A DNA stretch of 64,000 nt from a virus, in the IMG/VR virus record IMGVR_UViG_3300045988_130116. The stretch is one strand, 5' to 3'. Under the pieces are notes generated by a model that worked only from the letters and a program-made list of their open reading frames with translations, did not search any database and was not told the DNA's origin. Each line of letters opens with the position of its first letter. The first letter of the stretch is position 1. Positions 46,272-54,882 of the stretch are shown here, one piece after another. The position numbers and the translations under genes were made by a program.

Positions 46272-46611
46272 AGTAATACAAGCGATTGTATTATTTAACC
46301 TTTTGAATTGACTGGGAAACCCTTAGAGACTTAATACTACAACATAGCTAGAAATGGCAAGTGTGAATGTTTGAAAAATTTAAGGATTGGGTAATCAGCA
46401 GGTAAGATTCCCTATTGTAAAATACAATGAGAATAAACTCCAACGACTATTTTCGGCAGAAAAGTACACTCAAGCGAGTGGAAGTGGAAGGCTCTTGTTT
46501 TATAACAAGATGAAGATATAGTCTCGACTTCTAGTGAAAGCTAGAGAAGTTCATAAGAGAACTGTATGAGAAGTAGCGAACTCATATGAAGATAATCGAA
46601 CAACTTTGCAG
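46272..46611 (+). ncRNA. group I-like intron unit 2 (no ORF)
   Basis: GAAGATATAGTCTCGAC (46512-46528), CAACGACTAT...AGTAC...TCAAGC (46441-46475), and a GAAA hairpin at 46530-46545. Homologous to unit 1, with compensatory stem changes. The 3' end is either G46598 or G46611. Confidence 0.65.
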
Positions 46612-49600
46612 TCACTTCAGGTGACATAGGTGAAGCATTACAACGTTCTGCGTCACAATTAAAAGCAAACGGCAATAGCATGAGTGAAGCCATTGGTATG
46701 ATTGTTGGTGCTCAGGAAACAGTACAAGATGCTTCTAAATTAGGTAACGCATTAAAAACTATAGCAGTTAACATAAATGGGGTTACTTATAATGCTAAAG
46801 AAGGAGAAGTAACTCTTAATAAAACAGCGAAGGCATTAAGAGAAGTAGCAGGAATAGAAACTGCTGACTTAGCAAAAGGTACTACAAGACCTTTATTCGA
46901 TGTATTAAATGAATTACATGACAAATGGGATTCACTTAATGATGTTGAACAAAAAACAGTTACAGAAGCAATAGGTAGTAAATATCATGCCAACGTATTA
47001 CAGGCTATGCTAGATAACTGGGAAACAGTATTACAATACGTTCAAGAATATAATGAGGGATTTACTGTTGATTCTGCTAAACAAGAAAATGCTCGTTATA
47101 TAGACTCCCTTGAAGGGAAAATAGTGGCATTAAAAGACCAATTTAGAGATTTTATAACAACTGTAATATCAAGTGATATGACTAAAGGGTTAATTACTGG
47201 TTTTGCAGAAGTTATGGAAATTGTAAATAAGGTTACTAAATCATTAGATAGTATGGGTATGGCTCTACCTGCGACAATAGGGACTGTTGCAAGTTTATTT
47301 AGAACATTAAAGGCATCTGCTAAAGGAGAACAATTAACTCTATTTGGTAGTAGTTTTTATAATGACCTAAAGAAAGCACAAACCCAAACAAAAGTGGTAA
47401 CAAACCAATTAAAAGATTCCTCTGGTACTGTAACAAGTATGATTTCTAAAAATTCAAATAAACTAGCTGGTAATATTCAAACAAGTAATATGAGAATTCA
47501 AAAATCATTGGGGAGTTCTAATAAACAATTTAAAGTATACAGAAAAGATGCGACAGGAAATTTAAAACAAATAAGTAATACATATAGTAGTGCAACAATA
47601 GTTGCAGAAGAAACTCAAAAGGGACTTGGCAAAACAGCAGGGTCAATGGTGTTAGCAGGTGCTAAATCTATGGCTGCGTCCGTAGGTATATCATTATTGA
47701 ACGGAGCTATGATAACATTAGCCGCTACATTAATTGGTAATGTTATAGGAGCAGTAGATGATTATATTCATAGAACAGAAGATATGTACCAAAACACTAA
47801 AGAGAATATAGACAAAACACAAAAAGAAATCGGAGACTTAAATAGCAAAAAAAGTAGTTTAAAAAATATAGCCGATGATTTTGAAGAATTGTCAGGTAAA
47901 ATGAATCTTACTAGCGAGGAAGCCGAAAAACTATCTCAATATAAACAACAATTAGCAGAGATGTTCCCTGAGCTAGTGACTGGTTATGACGAAAACGGTG
48001 ACCCTTTATTAGCTTTAAGTGGCAGTGCCGATGATTTAATTGAAAAACTAGATATAGCAATTAAAAAGAAACAAGAATTGCTTAGATTAGAGGAAAAAGA
48101 TGCTGCCAATGAAGCAAGTAAAATGGTTGGTAAATACAGACAAGACCAAAAAGGAAATGTAGAGGATAATATAAAAAGAAATGCTCTTACAAACCCTTTC
48201 TTTGATTATTCTGTATTTAGTAATGGATTGGCTAACTATGAAAAAGGATGTAAAAGATACGAACAGATTGCACAAAATACAGCTGATAAAATCGCTTCAA
48301 TAAACAGTAGTAATTACGAAAAAAGTTCAAAATATTATTCATTAGAACAAGACCAACAAAAAGATGCTATGAATGAAATGAACAGAAATGTTCGCCAATA
48401 TAAAAACTATGCTAACCTTGGAGATACTCAAAAAGGTAAGTTAATAGAATTAATGGGCATATATGACTGGTCAAATGAATTAGTTGCAGAAAACATTAAT
48501 AAAAGAAATGACTTTTTAGCAGGGTTTGATAAAGTAGCCGATTATGCAGTAGATAACTATGATAAAGTTGAAGAATGGAATAAAACACTTAATGCGGCTA
48601 ATGATGCCTTCCAAGCAACAGGAAATATAGATGATTATAAAAAATCAATTTCCGGAGTGGCTGAAGAACTTGAAAAATTAACTGGAATAGATTCTAGTGA
48701 GTGGATTGAAAGTTTTGTTCCTCAATTACAAGGAAACCTACAACAAGATATGATAGAGCTAAACGGATTCTTAAAGGGATTTGGTAAGAATCTTATGGAT
48801 GTTAATTTAGGAGACGATATGGCTCTTCAACTTCAAAAACAATTTGATGACTTAAAAGAGGTAACCGATGAAATAGCGGGTAGTGACATTCCTATTGAAA
48901 CAAAAATAGACTTAGTTACTAAAATAGGTAAAAATGATGACCCATTTGTTGATTTACCACCTCAAATAAGAAATCTTATTCAAGGTATAACTGATGGCGG
49001 AGATAAGGTAACTACTACAGAATTAGAAGTAATAACAGCAATCTCTACGTCTTTTAAAAACACTGGTGGTATAGCAGATAATGAAAATCTTGAATTGATT
49101 AATAAGATGTTGAATGGGGAACTTACAGAGGCAGAATGTCAAGTAGGAATATCTCTTAAAGACGGAAATAAAATAAGCCCTGAGATAACTACAGCTATAA
49201 ACAATGCTCAAAAAGACAAAGATAATCAAATAAAAGTAGACCTAAATAAAGATTATCTTAAAGAGCAACTTGAAAATATTAAATCTGAAATAAAGAAATA
49301 TACTAAAGTAAGTGAAAACGAAAAAATATCAGACTTATTTACTAGCGGAACTATTGATACAAGTCAGTTAGAATATGTAAATAAATTACTTGAAAGTATG
49401 CCTTTTGGAGACAAGACTGTTGATTTAATTTGTGAATTAGGTGGAGCATTTAATAATGGGGAACTTACAAATTATAAAAGTATCATAGAATATTTGTTAG
49501 ACCATCCTAACATAGCAAATAAAGTTGGAGTCACAGTTGTAGGAGAAAAAACAGTAGATACTGTTAAAAATGAATTAGATAAATTCATGGAAACAGATGA

Positions 49601-52343
49601 AGAAAAAAAAATAGCAGTTAAAGTAGAGAATGGATTAGCGAAGGGCGACATAGTACAAGTAAGAGAGGCTTTAAACGAATTAGACGAGGAAAAAAGAGTT
49701 AAGGTCGTAAGTGATATAGTTGATGCTTTAGACGGATTAGATACTGTAGACGCTAGAACGATAAAAGAAAAACTTGTAAAATTCTTTATAGAAAAAGATG
49801 AAGTAGATGAAAAAACATCAGAAATAGAAGGTAAACCAGCAGAAAAATCAGTAGTATTTAAGAGCGAAAATTTCGCAGAAACATTAGGTCAAACTATTGA
49901 AATAGATGAAAAAGGTAATCCTGTTATAAAACCTATAAACTTCTCTACAAATGGATATACAGACACAGTAAATAAAACTGATACTGTTACTCAAAAATCC
50001 AAACCTGAAACTAAAAAGGTTACAATGGATGGTAAAAACGGATATACAGATACAGTAAACAAAGAAGATACTGTTACAAGAAAAGCTAAAAACGAGACTA
50101 AAAAAGTTACAATGGACGGTAAAAATGGGTTTACAGATACAGTAAATAAAGAAGATACCGTTACAAAAAAGGCTAAACCTGAAACTAAAAAAGTTACATT
50201 TATTGGTGCTATGTCAGACGGATTAAAGTCGATATTTAATAGAATAGATAAATTTATACAAGGCGCAAGTATCCCTGTAAGATTTGGTAGTGTTGAAGGA
50301 TTTAAGAATATTTCTGATACGCCTGTTGAAATAAACGCTCCATCTCCTCCTGTAACAGCTCAATCTGATGTTAGCATGAGTTCCGTTGACGGAGCATCTC
50401 CAACACCAACAGAAGGCACTGATGGGGTCTCTGCTACAGCATTTAAAGATTTTGGAGCAGTAGGTTCTAGCAAATCTACTAAAACAAAAATAGACATTAC
50501 TTCTAAAAATTTACTTTATGCTTTAAAGAACGGCATTAATATGTTCCAAGAATTAGAGAATAGAATTTCTCGTTGTACTAACCAACTAGCTTTATTAGAT
50601 AAAAAAATGGAACGTGCAACTGGAACAGAAAAAATAAAGAACTTAAAGAAACAAAATGAATTATACGAACAACAAGTTGGTTTACAAAAAGAATACTATG
50701 ATTCGTTAATGGACGAAAAGAAAATATTAAGAGAGCAACTAAAGAAAAAAGGATTTGCTTTTAATAATCAGGGAAATCTAATTAGCTATGAAGAAAAATT
50801 AGCCAAGATGCAAAAAGAATATGATAAATTAGAAAAAGCATATGATAAAGCTCAAAAATCAGAAAGTAATTATAAAGGCAAAAGCGACAAAAAGAAAAAA
50901 TCATATAGCAAAGCTACAGAAAATGCAAAAAACAAGTTAGATAAATATAAAGAAAAATTAGACGAAACAAAAGACCTTACAGAAGAATATATTAAAATCC
51001 AATATACAGATTTACCTAAAGCCGAACAAGAATGGCAAGATATGAAAAATGCTATTGAAGAAAATAAAGATGAGATTGAAAAACTTCTATTAGAGGATAG
51101 ACTTTATAAATTTAAAAATGGCGTGACTGAATTGTCTAACGAATTTAAAGTATTAGGTAATCAATTAGATTTATTAGACGCAAAATTAGAATATGCTACT
51201 GGTAAAGAAAAGGTTGATTTATACGGACAAGAAATTGAACAAATTGAAAAACAAAGAGCCAATCTTCAAAAAACAATAGACCAATATAATGAAATGGTAG
51301 ATGTTTATAAAGATAGTTTATCTTCATATGGATTTAAATTTGATGATAATAACAATGTGACAAATCAAAAAGAAATCTTAGACAAGTATCAAAACACAGA
51401 CGATTTAGAAAAAGTGACGGATTTACTTGAAGAATATATAAAACTTCAAACAGATGAATTGCCTGATGCCATCGTTCAATGGGAAGAATTAGGAAATAAA
51501 ATTAAAGATATCCAAAATGAAAAATTAGATATAGTAAAAGACATGGAAGAAGAAATCACAAAAGTATATGAAGATGAAATAGAAAAAAGAAAAGATGCAA
51601 TAGAAGAAGAAAAAGATGCAAGAGTTAAGGCTTTAGAAGAACAAAAAAAGGCTTATCAAGACTATAGAAGCGAAGTTGATTATAAAGATGATTATAATGA
51701 ACAATTAGATAAAATTAATAAATTAAAAAGTAAGATTTCTGTACTTGAAAGAGATACTTCTTTAGCTTCGAGAAGTAAGTTGCAAGAAGCTTATGATGAA
51801 TTAGCAGAAGAAGAAAAGGCGTTAAAAGATATTCAACAAGACAGATTGGATGAAAAAATTGAAAATATGTATGATGATGAAATAGATAAAGCAGAAAAAG
51901 AATCAGAAGATAAAATAAAGGCACTTGAGAATTTATGGACGCCTGAAAAAATAGCAGAAATGGTTACAAAGAATTTGTCTACTAATACTTTTACAGATTT
52001 AGATGGGAATGTTAAAAATCTACAAGATACGCTTATAGAATTTGCAGAAACTTCAGGAGACGCATTGGGTATAATGGGAGATTCTATTAAAAATGATTTA
52101 ATTAATAACTTACAAATTGCAACAGATGTATTAAAACAATATACGGATATATATAATTCTTTAGGCTTAAAACAATATGGAACAAATTATAAAGATATGT
52201 ATGACAATAAAAATCCTCGTAATACAAATCTTCAATTAGGAGGCATACATGTTAATATTCAAGGAAATCCTGACGAAGTTACGATTAACAAATTAACAAA
52301 GGCAATAGAAGAAGAATTTAAATATATTTCAAATAAATTATAG
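46599..52343 (+). CDS. tape measure protein, exon 2 (about 1910 codons)
   Basis: The frame is open from 46599, but the first ATG is at 46680. The codons before it (NNFAVTSGDIGEALQRSASQLKANGNS) form the conserved TMP core motif and contain no start codon. MSEAIGMIVGAQETVQDASKLGNALKTIA continues the TP901-type core. Terminator at 52342-52371. Confidence 0.75.
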   Translation, partial: NNFAVTSGDIGEALQRSASQLKANGNSMSEAIGMIVGAQETVQDASKLGNALKTIAVNINGVTYNAKEGEVTLNKTAKALREVAGIETADLAKGTTRPLFDVLNELHDKWDSLNDVEQKTVTEAIGSKYHANVLQAMLDNWETVLQYVQEYNEGFTVDSAKQENARYIDSLEGKIVALKDQFRDFITTVISSDMTKGLITGFAEVMEIVNKVTKSLDSMGMALPATIGTVASLFRTLKASAKGEQLTLFGSSFYNDLKKAQTQTKVVTNQLKDSSGTVTSMISKNSNKLAGNIQTSNMRIQKSLGSSNKQFKVYRKDATGNLKQISNTYSSATIVAEETQKGLGKTAGSMVLAGAKSMAASVGISLLNGAMITLAATLIGNVIGAVDDYIHRTEDMYQNTKENIDKTQKEIGDLNSKKSSLKNIADDFEELSGKMNLTSEEAEKLSQYKQQLAEMFPELVTGYDENGDPLLALSGSADDLIEKLDIAIKKKQELLRLEEKDAANEASKMVGKYRQDQKGNVEDNIKRNALTNPFFDYSVFSNGLANYEKGCKRYEQIAQNTADKIASINSSNYEKSSKYYSLEQDQQKDAMNEMNRNVRQYKNYANLGDTQKGKLIELMGIYDWSNELVAENINKRNDFLAGFDKVADYAVDNYDKVEEWNKTLNAANDAFQATGNIDDYKKSISGVAEELEKLTGIDSSEWIESFVPQLQGNLQQDMIELNGFLKGFGKNLMDVNLGDDMALQLQKQFDDLKEVTDEIAGSDIPIETKIDLVTKIGKNDDPFVDLPPQIRNLIQGITDGGDKVTTTELEVITAISTSFKNTGGIADNENLELINKMLNGELTEAECQVGISLKDGNKISPEITTAINNAQKDKDNQIKVDLNKDYLKEQLENIKSEIKKYTKVSENEKISDLFTSGTIDTSQLEYVNKLLESMPFGDKTVDLICELGGAFNNGELTNYKSIIEYLLDHPNIANKVGVTVVGEKTVDTVKNELDKFMETDEEKKIAVKVENGLAKGDIVQVREALNELDEEKRVKVVSDIVDALDGLDTVDARTIKEKLVKFFIEKDEVDEKTSEIEGKPAEKSVVFKSENFAETLGQTIEIDEKGNPVIKPINFSTNGYTDTVNKTDTVTQKSKPETKKVTMDGKNGYTDTVNKEDTVTRKAKNETKKVTMDGKNGFTDTVNKEDTVTKKAKPETKKVTFIGAMSDGLKSIFNRIDKFIQGASIPVRFGSVEGFKNISDTPVEINAPSPPVTAQSDVSMSSVDGASPTPTEGTDGVSATAFKDFGAVGSSKSTKTKIDITSKNLLYALKNGINMFQELENRISRCTNQLALLDKKMERATGTEKIKNLKKQNELYEQQVGLQKEYYDSLMDEKKILREQLKKKGFAFNNQGNLISYEEKLAKMQKEYDKLEKAYDKAQKSESNYKGKSDKKKKSYSKATENAKNKLDKYKEKLDETKDLTEEYIKIQYTDLPKAEQEWQDMKNAIEENKDEIEKLLLEDRLYKFKNGVTELSNEFKVLGNQLDLLDAKLEYATGKEKVDLYGQEIEQIEKQRANLQKTIDQYNEMVDVYKDSLSSYGFKFDDNNNVTNQKEILDKYQNTDDLEKVTDLLEEYIKLQTDELPDAIVQWEELGNKIKDIQNEKLDIVKDMEEEITKVYEDEIEKRKDAIEEEKDARVKALEEQKKAYQDYRSEVDYKDDYNEQLDKINKLKSKISVLERDTSLASRSKLQEAYDELAEEEKALKDIQQDRLDEKIENMYDDEIDKAEKESEDKIKALENLWTPEKIAEMVTKNLSTNTFTDLDGNVKNLQDTLIEFAETSGDALGIMGDSIKNDLINNLQIATDVLKQYTDIYNSLGLKQYGTNYKDMYDNKNPRNTNLQLGGIHVNIQGNPDEVTINKLTKAIEEEFKYISNKL
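49950..50210 (+). repeat. three tandem 87-nt (29-aa) coding repeats in the tape measure gene
   Basis: NGYTDTVNKTDTVTQKSKPETKKVTMDGK / NGYTDTVNKEDTVTRKAKNETKKVTMDGK / NGFTDTVNKEDTVTKKAKPETKKVTFIGA. Confidence 0.85.
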
Positions 52344-52371
52344 GAGCTTTAATTAGCTCCTATTTTTTTTA
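52342..52371 (+). terminator. rho-independent terminator after the tape measure gene
   Basis: AGGAGCT-TTAATT-AGCTCCT followed by ATTTTTTTT. Confidence 0.75.
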
Positions 52372-52388
52372 TTATAAGGAGTGATATA

Positions 52389-53135
52389 ATGTTTATTTCA
52401 GATAAATTTATGTTTAACGGAGTGTCATGTGATGAATATAACGTTAGATTGGTATATTTTGAAAATAATATAGTTAATGATATGAAGATACCCTTTTCTA
52501 TATCTGTTAATTCAGATAGCAAAGATAGTATTTATCCGGTATATAAAGAAGAAACAAATACTCCTGATCAAGTTGTTTTAAACTTAGCTTATGTAAATAA
52601 AGAGGGAAATTTAGCAACTTTTTCAAGCGAGATATTTAAAAGAATAAAAACGTGGTTAATTACTGATTATTTTGCCCCTTTTATAACAGAAGATTACCCT
52701 GATTATATTATTTATTTAAAATGTGTAAAAATACAAGATAAACTGACTTTTGGAAATCAAGGGTTTTTAGAAGTGACATTCCAGCCATATACTCATTACT
52801 TTTATAAACAATTCGAAACAGATGTTCTTTTAAGCGGTGATAATGCGATAACTATAGAAAATATAAGTCAAGAAATTTGTTATCCTATAATAATAGCCGA
52901 AACAACAGATGATATAATTAACACTATAGAAATTAATGATATGACTTTAAAATTACAATTAAACGAACCTGTATCTGTAGATAATAAAATGCTTACAGTT
53001 TTAAATTCTAAAGGTGAAAATAAATTATCTTATTGTAATAGGAAATGGATTAAATTATTACCCGGAAGTAATAATTTAAAATTATATGGTTATGGTAAAA
53101 TTAAAATAAAAGCAGAATTTCCAGTAATATTATAG
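52389..53135 (+). CDS. distal tail protein (Dit-like)
   Basis: Directly after the TMP gene. N-terminus MFISDKFMFNGVSCDEYNVRLV is typical of siphovirus tail component proteins. Confidence 0.55.
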   Translation: MFISDKFMFNGVSCDEYNVRLVYFENNIVNDMKIPFSISVNSDSKDSIYPVYKEETNTPDQVVLNLAYVNKEGNLATFSSEIFKRIKTWLITDYFAPFITEDYPDYIIYLKCVKIQDKLTFGNQGFLEVTFQPYTHYFYKQFETDVLLSGDNAITIENISQEICYPIIIAETTDDIINTIEINDMTLKLQLNEPVSVDNKMLTVLNSKGENKLSYCNRKWIKLLPGSNNLKLYGYGKIKIKAEFPVIL

Positions 53136-53144
53136 GTGATGAAC

Positions 53145-54869
53145 ATGGGTATAATTTTAAAAGAAATGAAACAAGGATATACTGATTTACTATTACATAA
53201 AACCAATAAAGAGATAATATGTGCTATGCCTATTGATTTTTTATCGAGTGTCACAAGAGGAATTACAGATATTGATTCAATAACAATTATAGTTAACAAA
53301 ATCATAGATAATAATAAAGAATATCCTTTTTATGACGAATTTAAAATTGAAAGGCTTATATCTTTAGATGGGGAATTTTTTATAATTAAAGAATGTACAG
53401 AAAATAAAGATGAAAAATCTAAGACAATTAAAGCATATGGATTCCAAAAAAAATTAGAGAAAAATAATATTGTTTTAACCAATATAGGAATAATGCTTAA
53501 TAATTCAGATTACTCTAATGGAAATAATATAATTATTAATTTAAACGAATATATGTATCAAGAAACAGGGTGGAAATTTGGTCATATAGACGAAGAAGTT
53601 TTGTATTCAAATTACACAAAAGGTAGTTCTTATTTAATGGATAAAGCAGGGAATTATATTTTAACAAAAAGTGCGGAATTAATAGAGATAAAACAACATT
53701 TTAATCCACGTATGAGATGGTTAGAGGATATAGATACTGATTGGTTTACTTTTATATCTGAAAATATATCAGAAGAATTTGAATGTGTTCCTGTATTTGA
53801 TAATACAAAACAAGAGATTAATTTATATTATATAGATAATTTTGGGGATAATCTAGGATTAATACTATCTTATGACAATTATATTAAAAGCTTAGAAGTG
53901 TCAGATAATTCTTCCGATATAATTACTCGACTTACTTTGATAGGAAATGAAGATAAATGTATCGTAAGTGACTATCTTCCTACTGGAAAAAACTATGTAG
54001 AAAATTATTCTTATTTTATTAAGAATAAAGAGATGAGTGATGAATTAATTTTGGCTTTAGAAAAACATGATGCTTTACTTGAAGGAGTAGATACGCAATT
54101 AAGAAAATTAAGGGCAGAAAAATTAGAAGAAGAAAAAAAATTAACAGACTATAAAACTCAATGGTTCTTCTATATAGAATATAATAAACAATTAAAAGAA
54201 ATTGAAGCAAACTATAGAAATTCAGGGAATATCGAAAGAGCAACAGAAATAGCACTTCAATTAAATGAAGGCATGGATAAAGAAGCCATATATATGGCTA
54301 ATACAATGAAGAGTGAAAAAAAGGTAGAAGAAATAAAAGAATCAATAAAACAATTAAATATTCAGTGTAATAGAGAAAGTTGTTTAGTAGACGGGAAAAG
54401 ATTATTTAGTGATAAATTATTAGAAGAATTAAAGAACTTCATATATTATGATACATATTCAAATGATGCCTTTTATGATGCCCAAGAAATAATATCTTGC
54501 GGGAAGAGAGAATTAGAATTAAGATGTTGCCCTACCAGAGACATATCTATAGATATTGAAAGTTTTTTAAATAAACTTATAGATAATGATTTTAGACAAC
54601 ATTGGAACGGAGTTTTAGGGCTAGGAGACATAATTGCTATATATGACAAAGAAAAAGAAACAGAAGAGTGGTTTTATTTAGTTGGTTATGAATATTCTTT
54701 AAAAGAAGGCACTTTACAAATTAGATTATCTAATAAAAAATTAGAAAGTAATACTAAAAAAGTTATTTTAGATGTATTAAAAAATGCAAAAGAAGATAAT
54801 AAACAAATGTTGAAAAATAGAAGATTATGGAATCTATTAAAAGAAAATAAAATTAATATTGAAGAATAA
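53145..54869 (+). CDS. tail-associated (Tal-like) baseplate hub protein
   Basis: Second gene after the TMP gene, ~575 aa. The start is set at ATG 53145 after AGGTGA. Confidence 0.5.
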   Translation: MGIILKEMKQGYTDLLLHKTNKEIICAMPIDFLSSVTRGITDIDSITIIVNKIIDNNKEYPFYDEFKIERLISLDGEFFIIKECTENKDEKSKTIKAYGFQKKLEKNNIVLTNIGIMLNNSDYSNGNNIIINLNEYMYQETGWKFGHIDEEVLYSNYTKGSSYLMDKAGNYILTKSAELIEIKQHFNPRMRWLEDIDTDWFTFISENISEEFECVPVFDNTKQEINLYYIDNFGDNLGLILSYDNYIKSLEVSDNSSDIITRLTLIGNEDKCIVSDYLPTGKNYVENYSYFIKNKEMSDELILALEKHDALLEGVDTQLRKLRAEKLEEEKKLTDYKTQWFFYIEYNKQLKEIEANYRNSGNIERATEIALQLNEGMDKEAIYMANTMKSEKKVEEIKESIKQLNIQCNRESCLVDGKRLFSDKLLEELKNFIYYDTYSNDAFYDAQEIISCGKRELELRCCPTRDISIDIESFLNKLIDNDFRQHWNGVLGLGDIIAIYDKEKETEEWFYLVGYEYSLKEGTLQIRLSNKKLESNTKKVILDVLKNAKEDNKQMLKNRRLWNLLKENKINIEE

Positions 54870-54882
54870 GGACGGTGAGTAT

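Noticed and set aside
45806-46611. Group II intron or IS element as an explanation for the tape measure interruption
   Set aside because: There is no GUGYG 5' end, no domain V-like hairpin with an AGC triad that I could find, no reverse transcriptase or transposase ORF, and no terminal inverted repeats or target duplication. The AAGATATAGTC-type core fits group I better.
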